From: Mobula hypostoma
Lineage: Eukaryota
Assembly (NCBI RefSeq): GCF_963921235.1
Contig: NC_086097.1
Span: 252,900,001 to 252,964,000 of the forward strand
Reading direction: 5' to 3'
Length of the DNA stretch: 64,000 nt
Part shown: positions 63,292 to 64,000 of the stretch, piece after piece
Numbering within the stretch: position 1 is the stretch's first letter
How the letters are laid out: every line of letters starts with the position of its first letter
Program-made: the position numbers and the translations under genes
The notes under the pieces: model-generated
Databases searched by the model: none
Told to the model about the DNA's origin: nothing
Seen by the model: only the letters and a program-made list of their open reading frames with translations

Positions 63292-63814
63292 ACAAGCAAA
63301 AGTCTCTCATTAGAAGCACCCTGAGCTGACATATTTCAGGTTTGATGACTGAACTACCACAATTAAAATTAAAGTTAACATTTGAAAATGCTCTGCTAAT
63401 TTACTAAAACATTTGTGAGTTTTACAGTTATACCCCTGTGATCGTCAGCCTTGGTCAAGTGGTAGGGACGTTCAGCAACCAACTTGTACTGGTCTGGCCA
63501 AATTCACTGAACATGTGTACAACATACAAAAGCTTAGAGGGCAATAAAAATTTAAACCATATGTTTATGGAGTAATTTTAACAGCTGTTTCTTTGGGCAC
63601 AGAAATGTATTGCAAATACTAAGTCATTATTCAAACAAGCTCAATGGTTCCTGTGTTCAAACAATAAACATCTTATTCTATAACATATCAGACCATGCCC
63701 TTAAAAGTAAGGAATGTGCAGATTTGTTATTGAAGCAAAACCAGTATTTAAGTGTACAATACTTTATACTATTCAACGAGCAATTAAATGAAAAATTCTG
63801 CCATTTTCAGTCCC

Positions 63815-64000
63815 AACCCCGGCTGTGAAAGAAGAGCTAGCAACCTCATCCTGTAAAAACCAAGAGCTACAGAAACACCAACAGTAGCTCCAAAGACCTC
63901 ATCCCTGGGAGAAGAGGGATCTAAGAAGATCGGCTGCACCTGGCGACAACTGGAAAGGCTGGCCCAGGACAGAGGGCTCTGGAGAGCTGCCATTGGAAGC
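63815..64000 (+). mobile_element. Bipartite RTE-derived non-autonomous element (runs off the window)
   Basis: gctagcaacctcatcctgtaaaaac (RTE 5'-region-like) joined to GCTWRQLERLAQDRGLWRAAI (RTE C-terminal AQDRxxWR motif). Confidence 0.6.

Noticed and set aside
63105..63332. PN-repeat protein
   Set aside because: Translation of a hexamer microsatellite.

Overview
Eukaryotic, probably vertebrate, DNA. An HE1/V-SINE-like element plus the CR1, Rex1/Babar, Penelope and RTE repertoire suggest a cartilaginous fish; this is inference, not a database result. Most of the window is decayed, heavily nested retrotransposon sequence: many CR1 LINE pieces (one apparently very young), Rex1/Babar-type LINEs, Penelope-like elements carrying minimal hammerhead ribozyme motifs, an internally deleted L1, an internally deleted Gypsy LTR element with both LTRs, PBS and PPT, a solo LTR, tRNA-derived SINEs, RTE-derived non-autonomous elements and several TE-derived tandem repeats. 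Almost all ORFs in the track are TE fragments, antisense shadows or chimeras across insertion junctions. No host gene could be identified; a few minus-strand candidate exons in unique DNA are reported at low confidence. No CRISPR, rRNA or true tRNA genes were seen. I found no clearly new biological system. The most notable signals are the hammerhead motifs (including ~110-130 bp stand-alone inserts), a recently active CR1 lineage and an uncharacterised non-coding retroposon family. Boundaries are by eye and approximate unless a target-site duplication (TSD) is quoted.
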